64,000 nucleotides of DNA from Amphiscolops sp. MND2022. Taxonomy: Eukaryota. The notes below the pieces were generated by a model, which was not told the DNA's origin, did not search any database, and worked only from the letters and a program-made list of their open reading frames with translations. The stretch is from NCBI GenBank assembly GCA_964187785.1, contig OZ076409.1, forward strand, positions 47,122,001 through 47,186,000, given 5' to 3'. Below, in pieces: positions 1 to 14,132 of the stretch (within the stretch, counting starts at the first letter, position 1; every line of letters starts with the position of its first letter). A program made the position numbers and the translations under genes.

Positions 1-3000
1 TCTCGCAAAATCGGATTGCCCTGTACAAATAGCCTTTTCGGCTAGTGAACTCTAAGGAGTACATTCCATTTGTAGTTTCTTGGCCAGCAATGTCCTCAGT
101 GCAACGCAGGAAGACCTGATGGAATTTTGTCTGAAAGTGAAACATATTAAATCAAGAGCCTGCCTAGGTTGGAAGTTTCGTCTAATCGGACAATAAGGAA
201 AATACTCACTGTTGGGTGTCGAATCGCCATCAAAGTCTGAGAAAACCCTTGGTGCCTGGTGAAGGCGCCGAATTGGGTCCACAAATTGCGCAGCAAGAAT
301 ATGTCACCTCCTTGAAGAACAAAAACCCCGATTAAAGAACTTCGTGTTGAGATCCGCATTTCATCCGGACTTAACCCTCCTCCCAAGGTGGCCATGTAAT
401 CGTCGAAGAAGGGGAACGTATCCCCTATATCAACTAAAGAAGCTTTAATGAAGAGAAGTTGCAATGGTGTAAGGTCTTTTGCTCGGACCTGGTGAGTCAC
501 TTTTCCTGTCACGGCGTCTGCTTCCCGGGGTACTCATATCTCCACCCCTGATCGATCTCCTCTAAGATGTCCTTCTGTCTTGTAATGGCGGAAGATTTCA
601 CGAGCTCCTTTCCAGTATATTGATATGTTCGTTTTGCATATCTGGCAATAAAAATCGTACCTGGTATGGACTGGATCAAGGGGCCCGGAAACGAAAGTCC
701 TTGTACACGGAATACTTTTATAATGAGCGTCCTTCATTACGTTGCCGGTCTTGCAAAACTTTCCTTTGCGTTAACGTCGAGGACTGGCTATAAGAGTGAT
801 TGGAGGCTGTTTTTTGGTAAGGGACGAAAGCGACTGGTAGTTGGTTCTGCTCTAACTGCTTCCTGATTAGGCACCAAAATCTGATGGGCCATTACTAATT
901 CCAGATTCCTCGAGGCAGACACGGTAGCGGGATACCCTTCCGATGAAGTATACAGGTTACGAAGATCCTCGTTGGAATTTAGTGCACCACTAGTATAGCC
1001 ATAAATTTCAGACACAGTACTGTCTTCTCCCGAACTAGATTCGTACCCAGGGACAACCGTCCCAGACCTGCGGTTTAAATTCCCGGATGGGCGTTTGTCG
1101 AGGGGATTTCCTTGTGTTACTCGTACCAGTAACGACTTCATCATGTGGTATAAAGAGATCACGGACTCGTCGGCATTTGTCCTCAACTCATGATGTACAT
1201 GGCTTTCACTAAAGGCTATAATGCTATGCCCTAGTGGCAACGAGATCGGAACGTTCTCACTGTAGCATTTCCTTGGCGTCCCGTCCACTTGCAGTGAGCT
1301 GCCTGTCTGAAAAAGCGACCTTGTATCGATTTTGAGCTTGTTCTTCGTCACGTTGGCCAGATAGAAACTCACCATCAAATTCTGGGAAAGAAGTAGGATT
1401 AAGCGTTAAAGTTGTTGGTTTAGGCACATCCCGACCTTTTCCAGAACTCTCAATATGTTGCTCCACAGCACTCGTGTTAGTATTAAAACTTAGTTAGTCG
1501 GCTGGATGATCGGAGTTTCTTCAATTACTGAATCACTTGAGTTAATGCACTTTGTACAACAGTAAGAGACTCTGTGTCTGAAACCTTAGCGGGTGCACTA
1601 AGGACTTGTTTTGCAACTTCGACAGCCTCCTCCAATCTGTGGACTTGGTAGGTTTGTTATTGTCCTTTCATTGTTCCATGTCACACTTTCATCTGTGGAG
1701 CAGCTCAAATTGGAAATTTGGGAAGGTGGCCTGACTTCCTTCTCAGGCCCAATTGGCTCAACTGTTTCTTGTTGTCCTTCATTCGTCTGATCGATATCAG
1801 CGATAGTGGATTCTGGCAAAACATCTTCAGTAGGAAGAAAAAAAACGCTTAGCGGATACCTTCCTGAATAAAAGACAATAAAGACAAACTAAGAAAACCT
1901 GAAGAAGCTTGCTTGAAAAAGGGACAGGAAGTGTATGAAAGTCCTGATCAAACGCATTTCCGTTCAAAATGGACCAAAAGATCAGATCGCTTACCTGTTA
2001 GTGACGGGGAATGAAGACTGCGGAATGATGAATGTAGTTTGCTGATCTGGTGAGATTTGAGACAATCAAGTCTGTTTCTGTCGTACTCATGGCCCAGGGG
2101 TGACTGGATAAGGTGACAAAGCTTGTTACGATCTTTGCTTGGCCGAGAAGGAAGAAAAAAAGAGTTAGACGATGGGGCTACAGTAGCAAATAATACGAAA
2201 AGAAAAGGCTAGAAGACAAAAGGACTAACTAGAAAATCAAACAAAGAATAGTATAAAGATGATTTGAGTAATGTAACAATGGATGAATGAATAAGATGAT
2301 GGAGATTGCAAGAGCAAGAGAATTGGAGTTGGTGGCAAACTGTATTTGATGTCAAACTGTCATTTTATAACATTTTACATTTATTTCAATTTTTCCTCAT
2401 TTGGAATAATATTACCCAGTTCGCCGTCTTGGAAACTAAACTAGGACGAATACGGAATTCTTATTAGATGTTGAGGACGAAAGAACTTGTGTCCTCCAGC
2501 CATAAATGCAGTCACCTGAAATTTTCCAGTGACATACAAGAGTTGATAAACACTTGATGAAGTCCTTGAAGGCTCTCCAACGTGTTAGGTAAAGGATAGT
2601 TGAATGAAGTGAACAAAGCAAGAAGCGGGTTTATCAAAATCTGTTTTTGAGAACTTCTCAGATGAAACACGAACTCGGAAGGCAAAAACCCGTCAAAGGC
2701 GGAACGGAGGCGAGGAAGTCTTCCTCAAACCTGAACTCAAGACATTATCATTCCTTTGCAACTTCTCAAGCTAGTCAGCCGATCTGATCAAAATAAAACT
2801 GAATATTACTCTCCAGCTTTCGTTTAACTTGCGAACAGATAAAAAACAATGCCTTTTTGCCCTGATGACTTTCAAGGTGCTGCTCCTCCAGAGGAGAAAT
2901 CTTCGTTATATCTAGCGATGAAGATGTCCTATTGGAGGATTTTAGCCTCTCAACAGTTTGGATATGCAACTTTCTTCTGACGAAGGTGAAGAAAAAGAAA

Positions 3001-5090
3001 AGATCGGCTTGTTGGCCCAGTGCGTCGTAATGGAGATTCAGCTCCCATATCCATTCCGGGGCTTTCGTTAACTCGTTTACAGCAAGCCCCAAAGAAAAAA
3101 AGCACTCTTGATTCAATGATCAAATGCAAGCCATCAGCGCTGCCACTTACGTCGAGTCCTAAAATAAGCTCCTCATTCTACTCGCCAGGGAGGGGAAACG
3201 GACTTGTTCAGAGGGATGACAGAATTAGAGACGGTCATCCGATTACGTTCTGTAGAAACTTAATCCCGCAAGTGGATACGCCCTTAACGCCGCCACCAGA
3301 AGAGAGAGAGAGTGCTATTTTGCAATCCATACTTTTTGTCTCCCTAAGCCGCCGAATATGACAATCAATACCATGGCCACAACAAACGCTGGACAATTTT
3401 ACAAATCATTTCCAAGAAATGGAACTGAACGAGAACAGACCAGCGGCCGGCTATTCATACTGTATAGTGTGCGGGGAATCGGTTGAACAAATTCAGGAAG
3501 ATGCCGTGCTCGAGTATTTCAACAAGACGGCCACCCCGGCCGAATCGGTTACGCTGTTCAACGCTAGGCGGATGAGGTTTTAGAGGGAATGCAGATCAAG
3601 AAATTTTTATTGCTGCCTGGGGGAGTGTCTCAGGCTGCCGCCTGTGACGGTAATCAATACACCATCGACCATACAATGCCAGTCGCCCTACCAGGAACTT
3701 TGTCATCAAAGTAGATAACTGTTTTGTTTAAAACTTTACGTTAGTTTGAAAGATGTAATGTTTGTTATTGCTTTAGTATTTAATTTTTGAAAGCAAGCTA
3801 TACTGACATGCAGAAGGGAAACGAGTTCAAAAGTCTGCCTGCTCAGTATAGCTAAAATAGCCTTCCACGCCTTATTGCCTAATCACGGCCCATCATTCAC
3901 TCACCGCTTTGTTTGCAGTGTTTTGTAATTAACCAGAATGGACAAAAAAAGCTATGCCGCTTAAACGGTCCTAACTGGCAAATAGTTGATGCTACTAAGT
4001 ACCTTGATAAAAGCTAATGTATTGATGCTATGTTAAATTCCTAACTGTAAAGCCTCACACTTACAAGGTGTCCTAACCAGCGCTTTCATTAATCACAACC
4101 TGTAGCACCATTTTACACACTCCCTGCTGCTATATCCTGAAAAACCCTACAAGGACATTGGAAGTAAGGGTCCAACATGAATTTTAACATACACGTAAAG
4201 TTGCACACGCAAAAAGTGGTCAATATTGTTAAACCAGCTGCATCAACACGCCTCCGTCCTTGTTAAGAGCTTTGAAGCTGCCGCGCCTGTAAAGACTGAG
4301 TGAAGCGATGATGCTGTTTATAGAAATGACGGTTTCTATTTTTTGCTTTCAAGTTTTTATAGAAACGCGACTATCATTTTATGAGTGTCATGTCCATTTG
4401 GGTATATAAACGTGAGTAGGCAACTGAAGAACACAATGTTTTTCGGATCAACTACTGTAAAGTTACTTCGTTAAAACACTGTAAACAGAATTGACACTTC
4501 AATTTGCAGGAACATTTTAAGTATTTCCTCCTGTGTTCTCAATTATGCCTTCCACTAGATGACAGAAAGCTAAGGCTAGAAAAGCTAGAGAAATGTGTTT
4601 TTTGTCCAATTTCAGCAACATGGACGTATTGTTAGGAGATGGAATTTCAATTTCCATAGCTAGAGCACTTGACAAGGTTATAAACTGCCCAGGCGGGCTT
4701 CAGGATTCTGAGTTTTCACCTAACAGAGTAAGCTCATCTCAGGAAAATGAGATCAGAAATATTGATAATCGAAGCGGGCCGAAAAGGCAAGACGGACTTG
4801 AAGTATTGGAATTTTGTCAAGCTAAATGAACGCTAGGTTGTTCCAAGAAACAGATTCGATAATGAATGCTATACAAACGCAGAATAATAGTGCCATTAGT
4901 TCGGCCATAAACGACTGTTTTCTGAGAATTATGGGTAGCCTGCCTTTGCCCCGAAATAGATCCGGGACAGGTACGTCCTCAAACGAACAAGGTCTTGTTA
5001 ATGTTTGGAGAGACGCGAATACAAAACTTGCAACGAAGGACTCAAGATCTGCGTTTGACCTTAGGGAAAACATGGACTTTACTCCCTACT
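1..5090 (+). mobile_element. 3' part (antisense cargo region plus 3' LTR) of an older gypsy-type LTR element; boundaries approximate
   Basis: Same layout as the 3' half of the intact element. An antisense ZnF gene is followed by a TATA (GGTATATAAA, 4401) and a gag-N-terminus-like frame MPSTR*QKAKARKAREM.. from ATG 4545 that ends abruptly near 5090. LTR start not resolved. Confidence 0.45.
52..1830 (-). pseudogene. Degenerate antisense cargo gene of a gypsy element; zinc-finger protein homologous to the 20345-24349 gene
   Basis: Frame 534-737 FVSGP..FYCQICKTNISIYWKGAREIFRHYKTEGH aligns with FVSGS..FHCMICQRDVSRESRGAAEFSRHFFGKRH at 22636-23217. Downstream LIGVFVLQGG..FGAFT resembles LIELLRFGG..FGCFR. 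The gene is broken into several frames. Confidence 0.6.
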
Positions 5091-6647
5091 TTGCTAAATT
5101 TACTCATCAAACAATATTTTATATGAACGAAAGTACTTAGCAAACTATCATCTAAATTGTATCAAAACCTAACAATTTATTGTATCAACCTTACACCCAA
5201 ATAATCTAAATTTCCGTAAACAAATTGCTCCTCGAGAAGCGATGCTATAATGACATAAACAGTCCCAATAAAAACCATTTTTTTGGTCCCTGCAGTTTCA
5301 GCTCATAAAAGAGCTACTCAGACCGAAAACATTTTTTTGCAGATTGGGAAAACTTTTTTCGCAAAACTTGTTAACCACATTCGTCTGGGGATATTAAAGA
5401 GACAAATTCTGTCAGATAAAAAGTTTGTGAAACTGTCGAGACAGAAATTACAAAAAGTCAAGGTTTTTGAAAAGTCATCCAAGCTGAACTATGAATTGTG
5501 TACGATTAAGCTCTGAAATTTTGTTTGTCAGTGTTTCATCAGCTTTTATTGTTTCTATAGTTTCATGCAGACAAAACTACAGAGCTTTCTGAACGTTTAC
5601 CGTGACATTCACATTCAATGTGAAACCACGCTTTTTACCGTGAAATGCGACGTGAAGTTTCTCGAAATACCCCGTGTTTCGCTTTCATGCCTTTCGCCTT
5701 TCTTTCTGTGAGAAGCTCCAGATCCGACATATACGATTCAGTATATCCACTCGCACAATGCGTTAAGGACAAAACGCAGATCGCAGTTACAAAAGATAGT
5801 TGAAAGAGCGAAATCTGCTGGTTTCTCAACCAATCTTGAAACTTTCAGTGTCTACTCGGATTACAACGCGACAGAGAACCAGGTAGACTCAATGGCAATC
5901 AGCAAAAGAAATTCCGCAAGAAAAGCTCCGAATCGAGCAAACGCAAGAAAACAGAGAGTCCACCATCTTCGGTTTGTGAATTATCATTCTAATACTTCGA
6001 ACTTTACCCAAAAAACTAGACAACTGAACGCAAAACTTAAACAAGACGGGAACCAGTCGGCCCCCATTTATAGCTCAAAAGTGCGAAATTTTTGAAATTT
6101 GCACAGGACTTTTTCTAATAACAAACATAAATCTGTCTAAACTCCTAAAGGTTACTTTTTGTGCTCGTAAAACGCCTGAAAGTCCGGATATAGTCCGCTG
6201 GGGCAAATAGGAGCGATTGTTTCTGAACCTCCGTCTCCTCCTTAGTAAAATGCAAAATAATTCGGATAAAGCGCATTTTTTTAACATTCACATCCCCGTT
6301 CATCAAACGCAGTCTTTTAGGATATAACGTCAAAAATTCGGAATTCTTGAAAACTACTAATGGTGGATATACATTGAGAAAACCTAATTGTTAAAGATGA
6401 TGATTAGAAAACTGAATTGAGTGATAACGTTGAATTGTTAATCGACTGTTTTCTACAAGTAGACCTGTGGCAACTGATCTATTCCTTTATCTTTTTGAGC
6501 ACAGTTATTGTTTGTCAACAACCTGTACTTTTCGAAGTGAGAAGTTAGCGCTCAACCACATCCCCCTCAATAAAGGGAAAACTGTCCAATGGTTGTAGAA
6601 AGACCTGATGAAGTATGTAATTTACAGCGGGCTAGTTTACAAAAGGG

Positions 6648-9600
6648 TGTAGTTAAATCTACACGTAGTTATGCAAATTACTTTCTAAGTTCAGGCGTTT
6701 GTTGGATTGATTTAGTGTTTTTGCTGCTAGTTTTCTTGCTGGTCTTCTGGGTTTGACATTTTCTCTCCGTTTTCCTTTTCCCATTTCCGGCAGTTTTCGT
6801 TGGTTGTCAATTTGGTGAAACTTGTGTCACCAAATTGTTGTACCGAAAAAGTCCGGCTTGCTTCTTTGTCTCTCTCTGCGTCGTGTCACTTAATCTCCTG
6901 TTTGTTTGTTTTCTTTTCGTTGTTGTTTGTTTGCTTCAATTTTCTCGTTTTTGGGCTTTTGTTCTTCTTCATGTTGCTCGCATTCTTGTTCGGAGTTTGT
7001 TTTTTCGTCTTCTGATTCTGAGTGGATCGGTTGTTTTTTTTGCGCTGTTTTTTAAGGCGACGAGCGAAGCGAGGGGCAATATTGTTTGCGTTTAGTTTTT
7101 TTTCGCCGAAACGTGACATCCCTCTGCATTTGTAAAAGTTTCGGCTGGCTTTCTCCAAGCCTAATTCTCTGAGACAATTCAAAATTTCAAAAACAGATCC
7201 GCAACTGGATGCCCTTTCTGCCCATGCAAAAAGGTTCCAAGAATTTTCCGCCTGGGCGATTTTACCAGCTTCGAAAACCCGATTTCGTGTAATTTTACCA
7301 CTTGAACCTTTTCGAACAGTCTCAAAATAGGTACCAATTGACGCATGAGGATGTCTTCTTTAAGGTCGTGAAAGTTAAAGTTTTTTTACAATTATTGGGC
7401 GTTCAGAAAATGGCGATAAAGCTTCGGATTTTTTTGGGTTTTTTTTCGAAAAAATTTCTAAATGTAGACTTTGCTTAATTTTACTACTTAAACGAATCGA
7501 ACCGGCTCATAATTAGTACCAACCGACGCGAGAGGATGACTTCTCTAAACTCATAAGAGAAAGTTTCATTATCCTACGATCATTGGTCGTTGAGAAAATG
7601 GCGAAAAAAATCAAATTTATGGGTCTTTTTTGCGAATTTTTTTCGCGATGAAAGTATATTTTGACGTACCCAATTCAATTGGGGGTGCTTGGGCGCACTT
7701 CCGTAGAACCCATTACTCCTGGGCTCTCTCAAAGAGGTCGTCTGCTCGGGGTCGTCGCACAATGGCAGTTTCGCCTATGTTTTCCATTTCTTTGCTTTCC
7801 TTTTGTTTTTTTTTGTTGGTGTTGCAAAATCACCTATTTGAGTGATTTGAGGGCTGGCTTTTGTTTGGCGTGTTCGCTGCTTGCTGATGGTTCTCTATCG
7901 TTGATTGGTCCTCGGTGTTCCAATAAATTTCCGCTGGCTGTCCAATGGTGGATTGTGACAGTCCACTCTCACTTGACACTTCAGTCTCGCTTGAATTGTT
8001 GCTTTTTGTTGGTGTCTGTGTGCGTAGTGGCCATTTTGAGCAGCATGGCTGATTAGCTACGTCTTTTCCGATATCGCGTTGGGATATGATGATGGATTGT
8101 GAGCAGCCCGTTGGTAGGAAAAGGATTGTATGGTTGCTGTTCTCCAGTAACCACCCCTTTCTTTTCCTGTACGCCCCTTCCAGTTTTGTTCCTCGGGATC
8201 GTTCTCTCATTAGAATTGTTGAATCTTATTCGGATTCAAAGTCTTCGTTGCTAAGCTCGATTGCTGGCGTTTTCTGGAATAGGTTAATCAGTATTGGTTA
8301 AAACCCGATTTATGGTATTTGGTTATCGCCCTGTGTATCCTTCGTAGGGCTATTTTTTGTTGGCTGTGGGATTCATTCGTAAGGCGAACAGTATTTCGGA
8401 TAGGCCTGACTTATCTTTCCTTACAAATATGTGCCTTTTAGTTCTTAGACTTTCGTTAATTGTCCTTAATAGTCTTTCTATTTTGCAATTAACTTTATGG
8501 TCTCGTATTTGGCACTCTATGTGGGCTATTAACCTTTCCGTACAAAATTCCTTGAATTTTGTACTTCGAAAGATAGTGGCTGGATTCGTTTATATAGGTT
8601 TTGGAATTCCGTGTCTGGTTTTATATCTTTTCAGGAATTCAATGACCTTTTCCCTTGGGCCCCTTCTCAATGACCTTTCTACTTAGCTTACGTAGACTTT
8701 TTTGCTTCAGGCCACCTTGTGTAATTGTCAATTGAGACTAAAGACAATTTTTGGCTCCTATAGCGTTCTGAAACAGGCCGGCAATGTCAAGTGCGAGTTC
8801 TTGATTCAATTCCGTGCATTTTGGTAATCGTCCTCTTTGATTTTGTCAAAGTAATGGCTTTTTGTTCTTACCAGAAGCTTTACACTGTTGACATGTTTGT
8901 GCTATCCCGACGACTTCTCGGTGTAGACGGGGCCACTACATATTTGCGACCGTCGCAGCCTTTAATGTAGACTGCGTAAAATAGTTGGTCGGAGAGCTTT
9001 TGGTATGACGAGGCGTTCGTCCATGTAGAGGTAATTATGCGGACCTAAGCTGAGACAGCTGACTTTTTCTCGCCATGGGGCTGGCACTCTACTGATTTTT
9101 GTCGAAACTGGGTGTTTCAGCAGATTGATGTCTTCTTGCAAAAAGTCGTTGACTTCGAAATGGACGGCGAATGTATAGATTTTGTTATATCTCGATTTGA
9201 TTTATAAAGGTAAAAGTCGAAGTTTTTAGTGGCAATTCATCCGCAAATTCGATTGTGCAGGTTTCGCACATTTCGCTTTCTGAATTGCTGTCCAATTTTT
9301 CGTTGCTATGGCTATTAGCGTTAATTGTTGCTATCATTCCATTTATTGCTTGCATTTAGAGCACGCTCAGATGGTTCTCAATTGCCACTTTGCCGCTGTC
9401 CGTTCGTTCGCTTTCATTCACTATCTCTTCTGTGATTGGCTGTTGCGTCTTCCTTTGTCTGTTTTGCTCATCTAAAATACAATTCTGATTTTGTACATTC
9501 ATTACAAAATTTACAGTGAACCAGTTGTTCCATAATTCTTCTGCTTTTGCCATGGTATTATTATTACCCAAGTGAAAGGGGACCCTCTGCACTGATTTAG
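6648..9600 (-). mobile_element. Decayed gypsy LTR retrotransposon remnant (integrase plus probable 3' LTR 6648-7118)
   Basis: Minus-strand translation gives *WPRLHREVVGIAQTCQQC (~8880-8940), LDIAGLFQ (~8790) and RHGIPKPI*TNPATIFRS..IERLLRTI (8450-8620), which are integrase motifs. A purine run AGAGGGA precedes TGTCAC at 7118 on the minus strand. Confidence 0.65.
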
Positions 9601-10421
9601 ATGCGTTTCTGAGGTATTCGTTTAGTTGAACAAACTGAACAAAAACACACTTATGACTAACGGGAAACAGTGGAAGAATTCAAAGAAATGTCCTAACAAA
9701 ACCGATATTTCTGCACCCGAATAACAGCATCCGGAAAAAAGCCTTCGATATCCGAACACTCAAAAGTTCGCATGGAAGTACAGTCTCGCTGCTACAAAAA
9801 ACTGAGGAAATGGAAGCATTGAGGGTCATCGATTTTTTCATTTTCCGCCCACATAGATGGGAGAGGAAAATCATGATCTGTGTACCGTTTTTTTTCAAAA
9901 TTCTGCCAAATCGCCTCCCAGTTTCACCTCCCTTAGAGTTACTTGACTATTCTAGTTACTTGACTATTCTTGTTAGCGGAAAATATCCTGGTGCTCAGCG
10001 GGCGTCTTGTTTTCATAACAAACCTTATTTTCACATTGCCAAGACTTTCCCCTGAATTATCGAATTTTTTACTAGAGTACCATCACTTATTTACAATCGG
10101 GGGTTCAATTCGTTAGTTACAGTATATTCGTGTTTGTTCATATGCCTTGGATGATTTAAATCAAGCTGCAGCTCGCCTGAAAGTCAGGAGAAAACAAAAA
10201 TGATGTTTTTTATTATTATAAAACTATTTATTATTCTATTTTTATTCATTATTTACAACTTTCATTTCAAAAATGCTATTGGTAATTTCACTGATTGGTG
10301 AATTCGGTGATATTGGATCACACGAAATTGGATCTGTTAAATGGTCAATTAGTTCGTAATAAGATAACGCATATGATACAATTCCATGTTTTAATGGATC
10401 CATCTTGATGAGTTTTAGGTC

Positions 10422-11063
10422 TTACGCCATTAGAACCCCTTCGCGAGAATGGACCTCGTAGAACATTTGACAAAGATGCAGAGGCGTCCAACAGCAACAA
10501 ACCGATACAAGCAAGTCTTTGTTCTCAGAACCCTCGATTCCATATCGGTTTCGAGTGTCGGTTCTCAATCGGGCGACTTGGAAACAGTACACGATTCTGA
10601 TGATAATAAGCAGCACGTAAGCACTGAGTACTACAACGAGTCCCAAAATCCACAACCCACGAGCAATCGAGCTCAGCAAACACATCACCACCCACATTGC
10701 AGCTCCATACATCATCCACATGAAAACCTTTTTTCCCTGGGGTCCGTTTCTGCTCCGTTCCATGATGCCGTAGATCAGAGCAGCAGGGAAGAAACAGCCA
10801 ATCATACACCAGCTCCAGTCCCTGAAGCAGTCACATAGGCCATGGCGCCATTGGGGGTCCGTGTTTTGTGGGGGCATTTGAAGTGGCACCTGGTTAGGTC
10901 CCACATAGGCGGGAGGAGACATCACCAGATAAGATGTGCCGGGCATCTGGCCTGAAGGTGCACTAGGCGCTGGTGGGGTCATCTGACTCGGGAATCCATT
11001 GGGTGCATAGTAGTCTTGTGAGTTAGCCTCTTGACTCTTGGTACCCGGGTACTCGGCAGCCAT
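10422..11063 (-). CDS. PLAC8/cornifelin-family Cys-rich membrane protein (intronless host gene)
   Basis: 213-aa ORF with a Pro-rich N-terminus, WRHGLCDCF..CMIGCFFP, two hydrophobic segments and R.RYGIEGS..DLLVSVCCC..LCQM. AATAAA signals lie downstream (~10210-10250). Confidence 0.85.
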   Translation of the reverse strand: MAAEYPGTKSQEANSQDYYAPNGFPSQMTPPAPSAPSGQMPGTSYLVMSPPAYVGPNQVPLQMPPQNTDPQWRHGLCDCFRDWSWCMIGCFFPAALIYGIMERSRNGPQGKKVFMWMMYGAAMWVVMCLLSSIARGLWILGLVVVLSAYVLLIIIRIVYCFQVARLRTDTRNRYGIEGSENKDLLVSVCCCWTPLHLCQMFYEVHSREGVLMA

Positions 11064-11761
11064 CTCAAAATCAAACTGTATGACCTTTCACAACCTTGAA
11101 AAAGAGCTGTTGTAAAAACGTAATGTTGTCAAGGTATTAACTGAACGTTCATCCATTTCTAGGTATAAAGGCAAAGCTTTTGATAGAACTTTCTTTTGAA
11201 CTTGAGCTTGGATAGATCGTGAATGAAGAATCAAAAAAGTATAGTATTTTTCATCTTTATCTACTCACAATTCACGTCCTAGAAAATTGGGTCTAAAATA
11301 AGACAAAGTTGCGATGTGACGACCTTTACATGGTTATCATCAAAAGTACTCACTTTTTGAGATTCGATCGTAGTTGAACGTGTAGCTTTTTTTTCAATGT
11401 AACATAAACAAAATTTTGTCTCTTCAAACTTCTTTGTCAGTCACTTTCTCTCGAGAAGTGCTTTTCTGTTGCTATTTTGAGACTCAATTTAATAAAATCA
11501 AATCAAGTGAATTTTAATGTCTGAGTGACCAGTTTGAATTTACTTGTATTTATTTTCATGTAATACTATATAACTCTATATGAAATACATAGTTCAATAT
11601 TGTTGGCTATAGTATCGAAAAATGAAAGCGAGTATTCATGGACCGTCTCCCCTTCGGAGCGTAATAATTATTTAGCAGCCGTTGAGAAAAGCCAGCTTTC
11701 TCTGCCAATTTTTTGTATCAAAGTAAACTATCGAGCTGAATTATCAAGTACTCGCATTTGG

Positions 11762-14132
11762 TGTCACAGTCCGCTCCCGGACTGGGTTGTGGGTGTTTAA
11801 GAATTGGCTTCGGGAGAGGTCACGGCTGCACCGCGAGGTTCGAAAAAACTTACTTTAACTATTAAAACTAACAAATAAACTGTGACTAGGAAAACAAAAA
11901 TACGTCTGATCAACGGAAATTTCAAATGAAACTAGTTACAAAGAATGAGCGCGCTGAAATGATTCTTACATATCCGGTTGAAACGCTTTTGTCACGTCAA
12001 AATAGCAACATTCGCCACCTGAAAACTAAATTAAAATACGTTCTAAAACAAAGAAATCATAGCCTAATCTAAACGAAAACGTAGTCAAAATCATCCCCCA
12101 AAAGAACATCAATCAGATCTAAAATAGAAAATACACCGAGATGACACACCGAATGATTTAAGCCTTTTCTTAGAAAAGCAGCTTAATTACTCTCCGAACA
12201 GCAATTAAATTGGTTTAGGACGTCAATATCACGCTGAGTAAACAAGGCAGCGGAGAAAATAAGAATACATGTATATTTGTCGTCAGTAAGACGCAGACAA
12301 GTTTGAAGATATACCAATTGACGTCACTGCCTCGCATAAGCGTACCAGAAAATCATTCCAATTATCCGCCTATACTAATAGCATTACCAAAAATCATTCC
12401 AATTTACCGCCACTGTGACGTCACTGCTCCGGCAGCTATCGAGAGACTCATTTCTAAAATACTCGTCAGCATTGCCTCGAACTAGTCAAATCTCTATTCT
12501 GCCAAGAAAACTCGTCAACATGACGTTGACAAGTTTATAAAGCTCAAAATTCTGCCAAGAAAACTCGTCAATATGACGCTGCCAAGTTTATGAAATTGAA
12601 CAGAATGGATGAATTTGCAAGATCAGTTAAGGTTTCATCACAATAAAGTTGTTATTATGTTAAAAGGGAATGAATGCAAGCTACTTCAATTCGTAAAATA
12701 AGCATAGAGGAGGTATTCCTATAACTTAAGGTAAAAACTTAAGGTAGATTTTGACACATATAGGTTGATTTAAATCTACGTTAATTAATCGTCTTGCACT
12801 TTTCAACAACAAGGGATTTCCCTTACTTAAGCCATTTTTCCTCTATGGGAGTTCATAGTAAACTAATCAGAAAATCACAGTTTATGCTTTCAACTAAAGT
12901 ATATTTTGTATTGAAAATGTATTTTCATATACTTCGCATTTTGTACTCTATGATATTGAACGCTATACTTATGATCGTAATCATATTTTCCATACTAATT
13001 CATCGTTGCTATCCATTAAATGCGTTGCATTGTCGTTGCTACTTAACAAACGTTGCTGTTAATTTTGTAAAACTTGTCGCACTTGTCGCGACATGATAAA
13101 TTTGCTAATGGAGTATTATTTTAATATCATGATTTTTAATTCTAATTCCAACGAAAGAGTGAGTCCAAATTCATAAAATATCATCTTAGCATCGTTCAAA
13201 TAATCACGCTTTGGGATTAGTCATAGCATTTGATCAAGTTGAATTTCAAAATCAGGTATTTGTTGTTCACGTCAGCGTCATCTTAGCGTCAATTTCCCGC
13301 GAACCAAGGCAGTAAAACAGGGAAGCAGTTCCGGTTTGACAGACTGAAGTAATATCTACTTCCTGCTTGGGAGGAAGCAAAAGGACGCCGGGATGAAATG
13401 ATATGATCATGTTTGATGGCTAACGCTAAATTAAAATTGCCGTGTCTTAAAATTTGACGAAATGTCGACGCAAATTTGGGAACTTCGTGATTTTTTCAAC
13501 AATGAAACAGGAAATGACTAATTGATCGGAGAAAATTAGGGATTATAGTCGTGATCAAATGATGCTGGGAGGGTATAAATATGATAGAATCTGATGATTA
13601 AGGGACTCAGTCTTCTGCAATTGTTGAAATTCAGTTGAATTTTCAATTTCCGCTAAACTCTTAATTCGCTTAACTTTGTTAGAAAATATCTCTGAAAGAA
13701 ATCAATTCTTCAAGATAAAACTTATCTACAACAAAATGTCAACAACAAGAAGCCAGGAAAGAAGGAATGACCAGCAAGGAAGTGATAGAAATGTAAGTGA
13801 AGGTTTTGTTTCACCAATAGGAACGGAAAACCACTGTTCCCCAAACCAGGACGTAGAAGTAGCAGGCCCATCTAGGCCAAAATCGCCCCGAATTGAAAAT
13901 AGCCTCTTAGAGAGCCTAAGAGCCTCTTTGAAAGAGGAAATAACTTCCGAGATTAAGAATCTCCTCATCGAATCTCAAAAGGAGATGTTGGAACTCCTTA
14001 AACCCAAAACAAGGGAGAATATTAGAGATAACTTCGATGAAGAAACGGAGAACGAAACTAGAAACTTCTATACTCCGACAAAATCAGTTAGAATAAATTC
14101 TACGCAAAACGACCCGAACATAAGTCGTAACA
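11762..14132 (+). repeat. 5' LTR (2371 bp)
   Basis: TGTCACAG...GTCGTAACA, colinear with 25449-27819; about 40-45 substitutions counted by eye and no indels seen. Confidence 0.97.
13571..13611 (+). promoter_or_regulatory. Putative LTR promoter (TATA box and Inr-like TCAGT)
   Basis: GGGTATAAAT at 13571 and TCAGT at 13607, about 130-160 bp upstream of the gag ATG at 13736. Confidence 0.5.

Noticed and set aside
12794..13096. 100-aa hydrophobic ORF duplicated at 26481-26783
   Set aside because: Non-ATG start in AT-rich LTR sequence; the duplication simply reflects LTR identity.
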